This document shows positions 48,309 through 61,096 of a stretch of DNA of 64,000 nucleotides, in pieces. A program made the translations under genes and the position numbers. This DNA comes from Chiloscyllium plagiosum. Its lineage: Eukaryota. The notes under the pieces were generated by a model. It saw only the letters and a list, made by a program, of their open reading frames with translations. It was not told the DNA's origin and did not search any database. Position 1 is the stretch's first letter. Each line of letters opens with the position of its first letter. The stretch is taken from assembly GCF_004010195.1 (NCBI RefSeq), contig NC_057718.1:101730112-101794111 (forward strand), given 5' to 3'.

Positions 48309-50838
48309 TTCAGAGACTTCACTCAGAGTGGTGTATCTGTGAAATTCTCCACCTCAGAAGCTTGTGGCAGTGAAGAAATTCCTTCTCATCCCAGAATGAA
48401 CAGTCCATCACACAGGTTAAGACCGTGATTCCTTGTTCAATTTTTTAATATCTTAAATTCTCTAGCTGCTGCACAATTATTTGCGTTGTAACCTCAATGA
48501 CCAAGTTTGAACTGTGTTCTATATCTACAGTTCCTTCCTAATAGTATGTTGCCACCTTTGAGGGGGAAACTGGCAGGATTGCATCATGCACCTTGTTGAT
48601 GTGCACAGGCACGAGGGTTTGAACAACCGTTTCCAATGGTGCATCATTCTAGATTCCACCAAGATGAGTTTGGACTTCAGTTATAAACAGGTTGTAAGCA
48701 GAAAGACTAGATTTTTAGGCTATGAATCAGGGCCAACCTATAAATAATGCATGAGAAAGGTCTTTGCCAAAAGTCAGGGGCCAAGTTTTACATGATATCG
48801 ACAATTACTCGGGTGCATTTACTGTTTTCCAACAATTGTAACCATGCATTTCAAGCACAGAATGAAAGCAGCAAGGTCTGCACGGCTGCATTTTGAATGA
48901 AAAGGTTGATGTGAAGTGACAGAAAATGACACTAAATTTAGCAGTAACCACAAATCCTTAAAAAAGTCCTACACTCTAACCTATTATACAATAAAGTCAA
49001 ATATTTCTGGAGTATCATGAGATTTAAGACAAGATATTGGAGCCAAAATTGTTAACTTGACCGAGAAGACATTCTTCTCTTATACAAAGCAGAATCAATG
49101 ACAGAAATCCTAACAAATAGCCACATTAGAACCATTTGTCACTTCTGCAAAAGCAGATCCAGTTAAATTTATATGAAAATGAATTTTGCAACTTTTAAAA
49201 CACAAGTAGCCATGAAGAGTAAGAAATGAAAGCCAGCAGCGTGTTAAAAACCTGGTGTTTTTCTACAAATGGGAAAAAAAAGTGTGTCTCAGAACTCTCT
49301 TCCTCAAAAACGCAGTGGAAGCAGTGTCCTGGAAGATTTTTAAGGCTGAGATAGATAGATTCTTCTAAACAGAAGATGATGATCAAAGTGAGAAAATGAT
49401 ACACAATACAGGAGGAGGCATTACAAAAGATGTTATGATTCTAGCTGATGTTCTTATTGGACAAGTCAAATCCCAGTCTGAAATCTGGAAGTCATAAATG
49501 GAAATATGATCCAATGAGGTGCTCTTTCATACAGACTCAAATACACAAAGATTTGGTTGTAACAATAAAACTAACTTACTATGTAATATAAATGGTAAAA
49601 TAGAATAAACCAAGCTATTTACAGATAACACAGTGTAAACGATGCTGATAATCTATCCCAACGGCATCCCTTTACAGTACTCCAATATCAGAGAACATTC
49701 CTTTCACTATTAGATCTCTAGATTTACTTTAAATGTTGCTTTCATTTCACTGAGAATTTAATAGTCCCTTGCTTATGCATGCACACAACTGAGCTCGGAC
49801 TTTCTCAGCTTCCAATGAAGTCTTCAGCATTCTAACCGATCATTTTTCGCCTGGTAGCCTGAAACTAAAAACTCTACACTGAGGCAACATATTGTCTCAA
49901 TCTTCTGAACTAACTCCTGCCAGTTGAAACTAAAACCTTTCCAAGCTGTGTGCCTTTCCTCCTAAGCAAAAGAAAAAAATCTTGATCTTTCTAATTGAAA
50001 GCAAGCTAATACCCTGTTCACTCAAAATTCTTGTAATACAAATTACCAGTATCACTCCAGGAAATATATCCTCATTCTGGTTTTTAAACAAAAAGAGCGA
50101 GTGCTCCAGAAATTCTGCCAATGAAACCTACCCATACACAAAGATCAAACCCCACACGTAACTAGTTCAAAACATATATTTCCTAAATTTATTTTAGAGT
50201 TTAAATAACATACACCTTACACCACAATATGAATGCGTTTTAAGATATATGGAGAACCTGGGAACAAATGAAGTGACGGGGTGGGGGGAGGAAAATAGGC
50301 TTGAAAGGAAACAAGAAAATGCGGCGAAATGGTACAGAACCCAGTTGATGGAGAAGAATGTTTGAAACATTCCCTTCAAGTGAAAGCTGAGCTCAATTTC
50401 AGAAACGGGTGATTTATCTGTCCCACATTATTCCATTATGGGAGGTGCTGATTAATATGATGACAGTTTCCCATATTTTCTGTTTCAGATTTGCAGAATT
50501 TGTAGTTTTACTATACTTAATGTTAAACTAACATCTGCTGTAAATAGAGTGTGCATACACACATTATCCAGGTTTTATCAATTTTCCATTCAGCTCTAGT
50601 CTATCTGCAAATATTGCATATTCCAGCAACAGAAGGGCTTCACGAAATAAATGTGAAAAAGTGGCCTTGGTATTCAACTAAAAGACTACAATCTGGCACA
50701 TAAACGGATCAAAACTGCAGGAACAAGTGAAGCCTTGGCTTCTCTATTGTTTAACTGCTTTAACAGAAAGGTGAAGCATATGTCTCATTGTCATGTCACA
50801 GTACTAGACTTATTACCAAATTTTCAAAAATTGTTTAC

Positions 50839-50928
50839 CTCTGGGTATTTTGCCTTCATTATTTTGTGCAGTTCTCTGAAACGACTATATCGTCGAAACA
50901 CTGTCCAAGTATCTTCCAGGATGGTTAC
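50839..50928 (-). CDS. KIF16B: KIF16B coding exon (3rd from last), PX domain with RRYSRF phosphoinositide-binding motif
   Basis: ...acattctcttag|GTAACC...CCAGAG|gtaaac; 90 bp, phase 0; VTILEDTWTVFRRYSRFRELHKIMKAKYPE. Confidence 0.96.
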
Positions 50929-52689
50929 CTAAGAGAATGTAATGTTATTTATTCTTGCAGAATAGTACAAGTAACCTCATTTATTTGAATATACAGTTGG
51001 GAGTATAAAAAGTTCAGTTTTTAAGTAAGTTGCAATCTGAACACTGAAAAGCTCTTGTATAAAGCCTCAAAATTATTTGGCCTCCCCTTGTTTAAACATT
51101 TTCCCCATGTGGAATACATTGTATGAATAACAGTGCAAAAGACAAAATAAATTAACTTTTGAAGTTGGCCAAAATCCAAGTACAATTCTACTTTTCTCCA
51201 TTCAACTAAAAATATTGATTTTCTGGGATTTGGTTCCATAGCTGCTGGCAGCTCTCCCGTTTTTCAATAAAGTGTCTGCTCTGCATGTGTAAAACATGAT
51301 GTGCCAGAAGACTATTCAGCCGCAGAAAATCACAATTAAGACCATTTCCACTCCTGCTTTGGGGTTGGTTTTCAACTCTTCGTTCAGGTGTAAAGATTGT
51401 GTTACAGATTAGACATTTCCCACAATGGGCAAAGTTTCTTTTCTATTCATTTTAAATGGAGAAGTGAATCTGCAACACTGCTTAGGGCATTGGTGGCAGG
51501 TAGAAAAGCTATCGACACACAGAGAATGCTGGAGAAATTCAGGTATAGCAGCATTCATGGAGACAGCAGCAGTAAGACTCCTCTTCAGAACTTTGTTTCA
51601 GATATGCAGTCACTGCAATATTTTGCTTTTATTGGAAAAACAGCTCCTGTTCAATAGTCATTTTTCCCAGCAGTGAGTCAGAGGAGCTGATACTACGGCT
51701 GATGTTACCTTCTCCAGTCCAGAACCCAGAAGTAGACCTCAAAACAATTGGCCAAAGTGAGGTCAAGCCACTCAACAACAAAGAATGGAGCCTTTTGGTT
51801 TATACAACTCATTTCATATTGTACACTTATCCATGAAAGCATCAGCAGGAGCTGTATTTTATCTTTTAAATAATAAGTATTCTGTTGAGAAGTAATTTAA
51901 GTGTATTTTACTGATACCAAGTAATCACTGCAAGAGGGATACAGCAAAACATGAAAGCATAGAGCACTTGTTTGCATGAGAGGTAGAATTAGCGATTACC
52001 TGGTTTACGAAGTACCAAGTCTGGTATATCACTTGAACCAGCACACCGTTCTCATTTAAATTCTTAAAGTATCAAAATTTCAGAAATGAACAAAAAAGTG
52101 GAGAGAGAAAATAACAAGAATTAAAGATAGACAAACCATCAGTGCCTGACAGTTTTACCTTGGAGTACTAAAAGAATCAGGACCAGCAATTCTGAAAGTT
52201 TAAAATAAGTGTGTCAAAAATAAGATGATTCAGCTGGAAGACATTCATCTGTTTCTTAAATGGTAAAAAAATACAAGGAACTGAAGACCAGTAAAAACTT
52301 GGGTGTTCAGGCATACAAGTCATCTAAAAAGGTACTGAATATGCTCTTTTAAGCACTTGAAAAGGCTATGAGAATGTTGACCTTTATCTCAAGGAATGTA
52401 TAATGAGGAGAAGAAATGGAATTTCAATCATGCAAAGCTACAGTTGGAGCTAACCTGGAGTACAAAGTTGACTTTGGGTAGCATGTCAAAAGGAGGACCA
52501 GAGGTAATCAGGGACTGCTACTGGTTTGCTAATGTAATCTAAGTAAGGAAACTTGCTTTTAACTGGTCTCTCTTGTATGTAGCTCCAGTCCGATTTCAAC
52601 AACGTTGGCTTATAACAGCCCTCTCAGGTGCCTGAGCAAGCTACAAATTTGTATCTCAATGAATGGAATCCACATCGTGACTGCAGGAG

Positions 52690-53950
52690 AAGCCCTTCAG
52701 CCACTGGGAGAAGACAATTGAGGAGGATGTCTATAAAAGGGCACAGTGGACATGACCCACACAGCAAGGCCAATCCAAACAAAATGTGCAGAGAGCAGCA
52801 GCAACCTCTATCATGGCCTTTGCCCATGTCAATCAGAACAGATTATGGAGCACCTTCCTCAAATTTGATTGCCCATGTAAAGCCATCTTCATCATCTACT
52901 GCATAATGGCATGCAAGGCTTCATCGTCACAAAAATTCCAATATGTGCACAAACTGGGGGTGACTTAAGCTATGATATCTCTTTTGCAACCTTTCAACTC
53001 ATTGATGAAGCTTCCTTCTGTCATAAAGCTTGGCTGCAGGTCAAGTGGGAAACTGTTCAAAATGCATCACCTTCTGCTCAGAACCAAGACCGCTCCAACC
53101 TCCATTGTTGAACTGCTGTTTGCTCAAGCTCCAAACTACCAGACGCATGAGAGAAAATGGACTTTACATTCACAAAGGTCATCTACTAGCCTGCTCCTGC
53201 TGCACCAAGTACCCATTCCCCCAATCCTATCAAGGTCCATGGCAAGCTGCTGGACATTGCTGATCAATTCCCTAACCTTGGGAGCCTTCCCTCAGTAAGG
53301 GCAGACAATAGCAACAAAACCTTACATTGCCTCAATATGCCAGCATAGCCTGTAACTATCTGATGAAAAGAAAATGTTTGATAAGCAAGACTTAAACCTG
53401 ACACTAAGCTCATGGTCCACAGGGCAGCATTGTCAGCCTTCCTGTATGTGTCACAGATATGGAAAATGTAGAGCTGACACATCAAATTGCTTGGAAAAGA
53501 TCATTAGCGATGCCATCAAAAACTCCTGCAAATCCACTGGCAGCAAGGCACTCCAACATCAATTTCCTCTCTCAGGGTGATATCCCAACATTGAGGCACT
53601 GGTTACGGTCAAACAGCTGAACTGAATGGGCCACAATGTTCACATGTCTGACACAAGACTTCCAAAGTGAGCTCTATACTCCAAGATCTGCCAATGGCAA
53701 GTAGTACCAGGACGGCAGAGGGAATGTTTCAAGAACATGCTCAAAGCCTTCCTGAAAAATGCGATATCCCCATCAATTCGTGGGAATCTCTCACCCAAAA
53801 CAACGCTTTCCAATTTGCAGAATGCGCCATCTGTGAATGAGTCAACCATTTTGAGCATCTCTGAATGGCTCATTTGCAGGTCAAGCAATAGAAGGAGCCT
53901 GTGAAAACTTGAGCACCCCATTCAGTTGCTTCAGTAATCACCACCTGCAG
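52690..53950 (+). mobile_element. Decayed RTE-clade (BovB-like) LINE RT region
   Basis: Remnants KMCREQQQPL, IVELLFA, WAxxVHMSDTRLPK..LYS...GRQRECFKNMLKAFLKKC.IP..SWESL match RTE ORF motifs. Confidence 0.75.
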
Positions 53951-54994
53951 CAGGGTTTTTGGATTCAGCATTGAACAGACCCAAATAGTGAAGTATCTGT
54001 GATCAAGCAATTTCAACATTTGTGGAGAATGAGTCAAGTGCGTTCAGGACAAGTGAGTGGGATGCCTCCATCCAGCCCTCCAACACAGAAATCCAGTTGC
54101 ATACAATGCACGTGAACTGCAGATGAGGATTTCATCTAATGGCTCCCATGAGATGGCATCAACCTAGACTATAAACCAGTCTTTCCTTTTTGCTAAGACA
54201 CTCCTCTGTTGAAGTGAGATGAGAATCCATTAACAACTTTTTCGAGGGGTCAGTCCATCACCATCATCTCAGGACAAAGGATGAGTTATAAACTGCAGCT
54301 TCACCAGTGACACTTATGTTTCAAAAAGAAATATTGAAAGAAAGCTTACTTCTGGTTCTAATTCAGAGCATCAAGTCTAGACATCTCAACTTTTCCATGT
54401 TTATTATTAGTTAGCGGCAAATAATTAGTCATCTTGCACAGGGTTTCTCAGTAAATCAGCTGATTTACTAATTCCAAAGCTGAGTATTGCTCAAAAAAGG
54501 CACAAAGCATACACATGTTCTACCTACAAAGAACATGATGCTTTGTATTAACGTGTACCTTCAAGTACGTAAAGGGGTGCCAAACTGAAAGCCTGACTGA
54601 CAACCCGAAATTGGTTGGCAGCATAGGGTTCCATTCTTTGTGCTCAGAAAGAACAAGTATATGCATTGCGCCTGTTTCAATTCAGGAAAATAAGTGACAG
54701 CCATTCATTGGTTCCTTTCTGAGGGTAATGCCCTGACCACAGCCAACCTGCATGGTTTAAAATGTAAACAAATCCTAGCAGTTATCTATCAATTAACACT
54801 AATGGATGGATTCTCCATAACAATGCATCTAGCAGATTCCATCTGCTAAACAATCTCTACTCTCCTGTCATGCAGTACATGTTCATTTTCCCTTTGAACG
54901 GATATTTATGCAAATTGTCCTGATGAGTGCAAGACAAAAAGCTTCAATCAAATGTCTTTTTGTCAGCAATATTAAAGTGTTGTACTACAAATTA

Positions 54995-55870
54995 TAGAGT
55001 CATAGAGATGTACAGCATGTACAGATACTTCGGTCCAACCCGTCCATGCTGACCAGATATCCCAACCCAATCTAGTCCTACCTGCCAGCACCCGGCCCAT
55101 ATCCCTCCAAACCCTTCCTATTCATATACCCATCCAAATGCCTCTTAAATGTTGCAATTCTACCAGCCTCCACCANNNNNNNNNNNNNNNNNNNNNNNNN
55201 NNNNNNNNNNNNNNNNNNNNNNNNNNNNNNNNNNNNNNNNNNNNNNNNNNNNNNNNNNNNNNNNNNNNNNNNNNNNNNNNNNNNNNNNNNNNNNNNNNNN
55301 NNNNNNNNNNNNNNNNNNNNNNNNNNNNNNNNNNNNNNNNNNNNNNNNNNNNNNNNNNNNNNNNNNNNNNNNNNNNNNNNNNNNNNNNNNNNNNNNNNNN
55401 NNNNNNNNNNNNNNNNNNNNNNNNNNNNNNNNNNNNNNNNNNNNNNNNNNNNTCCCTAGGACCTTACCATTAAGTGTATAAATCCTGCTAAGATTTGCTT
55501 TCCCAAAATGCCGCACCTCGCATTTATCTGAATTAAACTCCATCTGCCACTTCTCAGCCCATTGGCCCATCTGGTCAAGATCCTGTTGTAATCTGAGGTA
55601 ACCCTCTTCCCTATCCACTACACCTCAAATTTTGGTGTCATCTGCAAACTTACTAACTGTACCTCTTATGGTCGCATGCAAATCATTTATGTAAATGACA
55701 AAAAGTAGAGGGCCCAGCACCGATCCTTGTGGCACTCCACTGGGCACAGGCCTCCAGTCTGGAAAACAACTCTCCACCACCACACTCTGTCTTCTACGTT
55801 TGAGCCAGTTCTGTATCCAAATGGCTAGTTCTCTCTGTATTCCATGAGATCTAACCTTGCTAATCAGTTC
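54995..55870 (-). mobile_element. CR1 LINE 3' part (N-gap 55176-55452)
   Basis: ORF 55625..55933 SGVPQGSVLGPLLFVIYINDL...SKFADDTKI; tail tagagtcatagag. Confidence 0.93.
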
Positions 55871-56169
55871 CAAAGAAAATGGTTTACCAGCCAGAAGTGC
55901 TGACCCAAATTCCACCTTCTCAAAATATTGCAACTTGTGAAGGCGCGGAATTGAAAACTAACCGATACACACAAGTTGTCAACACATAAGGAAGTTAAGA
56001 ATTCAGAACTTGCCCAAGTTCTTTATTAGGACATTGGTGGCAATGCACTATCACTACAGAATAATAATAGATTACATCATATTTTTAATACGCAAAAATA
56101 CACTTGTATTTTACTGCTGTCCTGATAAATCTACTGATAACTTATTCATGACTTCTCCTGTGATCTATC

Positions 56170-56336
56170 TAAATGACCCATAGTGTTCAGGGATGTGCAG
56201 GTTAAGTGCATTAGTCAGGTAAATGTAGAGTTATGGGGTAAGGGAATGGGTCTGGGTGGGTTACTGTTCAGAAGGTCAGTGTGGACTTGTTGGGCCAAAT
56301 GGCCTATTTCCACACTGTAGGGATTCTATGATTCTG
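56170..56336 (+). mobile_element. 3' half of an HE1-like SINE
   Basis: ctaaatgacccatagtgttcaggg...gtggacttgttgggccaaatggcctatttccacactgtagggattctatgattct. Confidence 0.75.
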
Positions 56337-56890
56337 TACCTGTTGAATTAGGACTGGTTTATACTCAAGTCATGATATATTTCCATAGTAGGATGGTTCC
56401 AGAGGACTGCCTCTCGGGATTCCAATGACAGTTTGCCCTCTACTTTCCTTTCTTGCTGCTGTCACTTTTAATCAAGGCTGGAACCTTTCAAATCTTTTGC
56501 TAAAAGTCTCTGCACTTTCAGTTCAACTGGAGACAGATGAAAATGTCAGTTTTTTTGAGATTGAGTCATTACATTGAAGTGCATCACTGGCAGTGGTATT
56601 TTATGCCTGCCACTGATGGCTCTCTAACAATATAAAATCATTTTCAGAGTACTTATAATGTTAATCACGCTCATCATACATCAGCGTTTAATAATGACCA
56701 CACATCAGAATGGATACTCTCATACTCAAAAGAGACTTGCCTAACTTATACTTAAACTGAATATCTGGTCTGTGCTGGTAAAAAACAATCGCTGTGGAAA
56801 AGTTAATTTTCCCTCTTGGGGATTTTAGAACTGAGAAATGAAAGACTTGTAATTGCCATATTTACATTAGAAAGAAGGTTAAACACTCAC

Positions 56891-57013
56891 CTTCACTTCA
56901 TACTCATAGTGCTCATCTTTTCCTTGTCCACGCAAGACATAACGGGGAATACTAATTTTAATAGGATCCTTTAGACTGTCTGGATCAGTCTCCTGCATTC
57001 TAGAGAATAAGTG
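56891..57013 (-). CDS. KIF16B: KIF16B coding exon (4th from last), linker and start of PX domain
   Basis: Minus strand ...ttctcttgctttgatag|CAC...GTGAAG|gtgagt; 123 bp, phase 0; HLFSRMQETDPDSLKDPIKISIPRYVLRGQGKDEHYEYEVK. Matches vertebrate KIF16B as I recall it (RMVSRSLGANPDDLKDPIKISIPRYVLCGQGKDAHFEFEVK) without gaps. Confidence 0.95.
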
Positions 57014-57249
57014 CTATCAAAGCAAGAGAAATCTTGTCAGTAATAAAAAAGTGAACTAACGCTGCAATCATGATTGTAAGAAATACTAAACACTAAATGA
57101 ATAATACAGGAGTGAGCATAAAAGGGTGAGCAAAGGCACATTCAGTAATACAAGACATATGACAACCTTGACAAAGAAATACTAACTTTTTAGTTCTTAC
57201 AAGAGTACTTAAAACCTTGTTTGCAATTTAAGTGCAAGGTATAACTCAA

Positions 57250-57778
57250 GAGATATACAGCTTGGAAACAGATCCTTCGGTCCAACTCATGTATGCTGAC
57301 CAGATATCTTAAATTAACCTTGTCCCATTTGGCAGCATTTGACCTGTATCCTCTAAACCTTTCCTATGTATGTATCCATCCAGTTACCTTTTAAATATTG
57401 TAATTGTATCAGCCTCCACCACTTCCTCTGGCAGCTCGCACCACCCTTTGTATGAAAAAGGTGTCCTTTAGATCCCATTTATATATTTCCTCTCCCATGT
57501 TAAACCTATGCCCTCTAGTTTTGAATTACCCTTACCGTGGGAAAAAGACCTTGGCTATTCATCCTATCCATGCCCCTCATGATTTTATAAACCTCTATAA
57601 AGTCACCCTCAGCCTCTGATACTCCAGGGAAAATAGCCCTAGTGTTTTCAGCCTCTTCTTGGAGCTCAAACCCTCCAAACCTGGCAACTTGCTTGTAGAT
57701 CTTATCTGCACCCTTTCCAGTTTAGCAACATCTTTCCTATAGCAGGAAGACCCCCAGAATTGAACACAGCTTTCCAAA
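57250..57778 (-). mobile_element. CR1 3' part
   Basis: ORF 57595..57777 CVQFW...YRKDVAKLERVQ. Confidence 0.87.
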
Positions 57779-58411
57779 ATAACTGTTCAAAATAAATAGC
57801 AATATCAAAGTTTCTTTGTATCTATTTTCTGATTCTAAACTTCTTGGAAAACAAAGCACAATTGTTCAGAGGTTTGAAAATAGCAGCATTCTCCAAAATG
57901 TTCAACCGTCAGTACAAACCATAACCGACAAACTAGTACATAAAGTAACAGCTGCCAACACAACTGATGTATGGCATGAGTAATTTATCTTAAATTCTTT
58001 TTAATTTAAGAGCTAGAGCAAAGTTCCATCCCTTGGTTCTCAGTGATTGATTGCATTTTCAAATGCCAGTGGCTGTAGGCAGCCTAATTGCACTAGTGCA
58101 CAGCACTCAAGCTAGAAAACATTAACAAACATCTAGAGATCCTTACAAGTTCCTCATTTCAGTCTGTAAATCTAAATCAGGAACAAAGCAAAACAGATAT
58201 GAGACAGAGAGGGAAGAAAAATAAATGTGAATCACACAAGTTAGGAACTGGTGACTGATCTATTTTAAATTTGAATAACTTATTCCATACCAATTCTTGT
58301 GAATAATAACTTCCAAAAGTGCTCTACTCACCCCTTGTGGTTCTGTTATATCAATGTGCACCTGCCTGGTTTAAAAAAAAGGCATTTCTTCTTTACCATC
58401 TCTGCCCTTCA

Positions 58412-59209
58412 ACATTTTGGGAAAGCAGATCTTAGCAGGACTTATACATTTAATGGTAAGGTCCTGGGGAGTGTTGCTGAATAAAGAGGCCTTGGAGTGC
58501 AGGTTCATAGCTCCTTGAAAGTGGAGTCCTTGAAAGTGGAGCCACAGGTAGATAGGATAGTGAAGAAGGCATTTGGTATGCTTTCCTTTATTGGTCAGAC
58601 TATTGAGTACAGGAGTTGGGAGGTCATGTTGCAGCTGTACTGGACATGGGTTAGGCCACTGTTAGAATATTGCGTGCAATTCTGGTCTCCTTCCTATCGG
58701 AAAGATGTTGTGAAACTTGAAAGGATTCAGAAAAGATTTACAAGGATGTTACCAGGGTTGGAGGATTTGAGCTACAGGGAGAGGCTGAACAGGCTGGGGC
58801 TGTTTTCCCTGGAGCATCGGAGGCTAAGTGGTGATCTTATAGAGGTTTACAAAATTATGAGGGGCATGGATAGGGTAAATAGGCAAAGTCTTTTCCCTGG
58901 GGTGGGGGAGTCCAGAACTAGAGGGCATAGGTTTAGGGTGAGAAGGGAAAGATATAAAAGAGATGTAAGGGGCAACTTTTTCACGCAGAGGGTGGTACGT
59001 GTATGGAATGAGCTGCCAAAGGAAGTGGTGGAGGCTGGTAGAATTGCAACATTTAAGAGGCATTTGGATGGGTATATGAATAGGAAAGGTTTGGAGGGAT
59101 ATGGGCCGGGTGCTGGCAGGTAGGACTAGATTGGGTTGGGATATCTGGTCGGCATGGATGGATTAGACCAAAGGGTTTGTTTCCATGCTGTACATCTCTA
59201 TGACTCTAT
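58412..59209 (+). mobile_element. Young CR1 3' part with open ORF2 C-terminus
   Basis: ORF 58497..59123 (208 aa) with LEYCVQFWSP, GDLIEVYK, TRGH, WNELP; 15-bp in-frame duplication SLKVE-SLKVE; tatgactc tail. Confidence 0.94.
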
Positions 59210-59554
59210 AACTTTGCTGTTTGCTCATAATGTGCTTGCAGATGTTTAAACATATTTTTAACTGGCTGTTATCCTTAAAGCCTTTCTAATTTTCCTTTAT
59301 GATGTTATTCCTATGCTTATTCTTTACATTTGTTTTGATTTTTGGTCATTATCTGCACCACAGTGTTCTTCCATTTTAAGTGTGACCCAATTTCCTATTT
59401 CCCTATGGTACCCTGGCTTTGACCCTTTTCCTATTTTAAGAGAAGGTGCCCCCATGAATATTTTACTGGCAATCCAAGATACCTAAATAAGCTCACCCAC
59501 TCTGGATCTGAGAAAGGAAAACCAGAATGCTTTTTCAAATATTTTGAGAGACTA

Positions 59555-60125
59555 GAAGCTATGCAGTATCTGAAGGGTTGGGTACCCACATACACAAGGA
59601 ACTGAAAGCTAATATACAGATACAAAACCAAAAGTAATCATGGAACATTAGCCTTTAAATCAATGGAAGTTTGAATTCAAAACTGAACTGATCCTTCAGT
59701 TGTCCAGAACCTTGCTCAGACCTCATCTGGACTGGAGTACTATGTTCAGTTTCCAGAACCTGAGACCAGGACATGGTTTCAATTGCTTTGAGTTTTTGGG
59801 AATCTAATAGGTGCTTCTGAACTGATAAAGAAGTTCAATAGTGCATTTGCAAAAAAATAACCTCCCCCAGTGAGACAATTAAAAATAATTGTGCATAACC
59901 CAAAAAAGCAGGCACTTCAAAATCATTTTTTCCACAAAGGGTAGTTGTACAATTCATTTTTTTCTAAAGTGCTATGGATTGCAATTTGCAAGACTGTGTA
60001 TGAGAAAATTGCTGTTCAATGAGGACACTAAAAGCGATAGCTAAATTATATTAAGGTACATAAACTTGAATGGTCTAAACTAGCAGAACAGGCTCACAAG
60101 GCGGAATAAGTGTCTCCTCTCCCAG
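59555..60125 (+). mobile_element. Very old CR1 fragment
   Basis: cttgctcagacctcatctgg...gagtactatgttcagttt; ttttttccacaaagggtagttg. Confidence 0.55.
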
Positions 60126-61096
60126 CATTTCCTTGACTTAAAAATATTCATTTTTGTCAAGAAATAGTTATGGGCTTCTATTGTAAGCCAGAGATGCCTT
60201 ATTAAATACTGGATATCAATTTTCAGCAGAGAGCACGACAAAACAGAATGCAAGCAGGTCATGGATTTGTTTTTAGTTGGCATTGTATTCCAGCACTTTT
60301 CTCATGCATCTTTCCTTCCAAGATGTGCCCTTAGCCTGCTATAGTGGAAGGACTCCAGAAATATTTGTACAATGTAAATATAAAAGCTGGCAAAGATCTT
60401 TAGGAAACTATATTTATCTTTGCACATTTTCATAGAAGCTAAACCTTTAGGAATATAATTGCACTCACTCATTACTGGAAATCTCAAATCTTGTTTTGAA
60501 GAACAAAAATTCATTGTCACTAATGCTGCAGGGCTGGATGACTGATATCATAAATACAAAGGTAGGTTGTGCAAAAAAAAATTGATTTGTACACTGGAAA
60601 TTTTGACTCAAGATTACATTTGCTGTAAAATCCTCACAAAAAGCAGTTCCCTTATCGATAATGACATTTCTGCATACCTACAGCATTTACTGAGCATGGA
60701 CTTTAATTTTCTAACCAGCTTGAGAACCTGAGAATTCTGTTATTGGCAGCTTCAATCTCTTTCATGTGTCAATTCAACTGAAGTCTTGACATTTAAAAGA
60801 CATACACTCTTAGTCTGACATCTAAACGATGAGCAAGATCTAACAGGAGGACCACTGAGTTACATTAGAAGGACAATGCTTCTTACTGCTGGATTTCCAA
60901 TTTCAAGTCCATCTCTTGGCAATATAAATGGTATGTATTTTTAAAACCCAATATAGAGAGTGTATATTTTGGATTTTACTGGTCTCTTCAAAATAGAGCA
61001 GTCACATTTAATTTTCACTAAATGCTAGTTTTTAAAAAAATAATTAATATTGTAGGATTGAATCCTAAGATTTTACATATTTGTTGAAAAATTTAC

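Noticed and set aside
52000..52050. In-frame 51-bp candidate exon (NGVLVQVIYQTWYFVNQ) with CAG|gtaatc donor
   Set aside because: Very poor pyrimidine tract, no KIF16B similarity, and it would interrupt the PX beta-sheet.
55176..55452. ORFs spanning poly-X
   Set aside because: Artefacts of assembly gaps (also 8382-8426 and 29506-29539).
56891..56999. Alternative acceptor (ttctctag|AATG) giving a 109-bp exon
   Set aside because: The upstream AG at 57014-57015 gives a phase-0 123-bp exon that aligns without gaps to KIF16B as recalled.
58497..59123. 208-aa ORF
   Set aside because: 5'-truncated young CR1 copy; not an independent gene.
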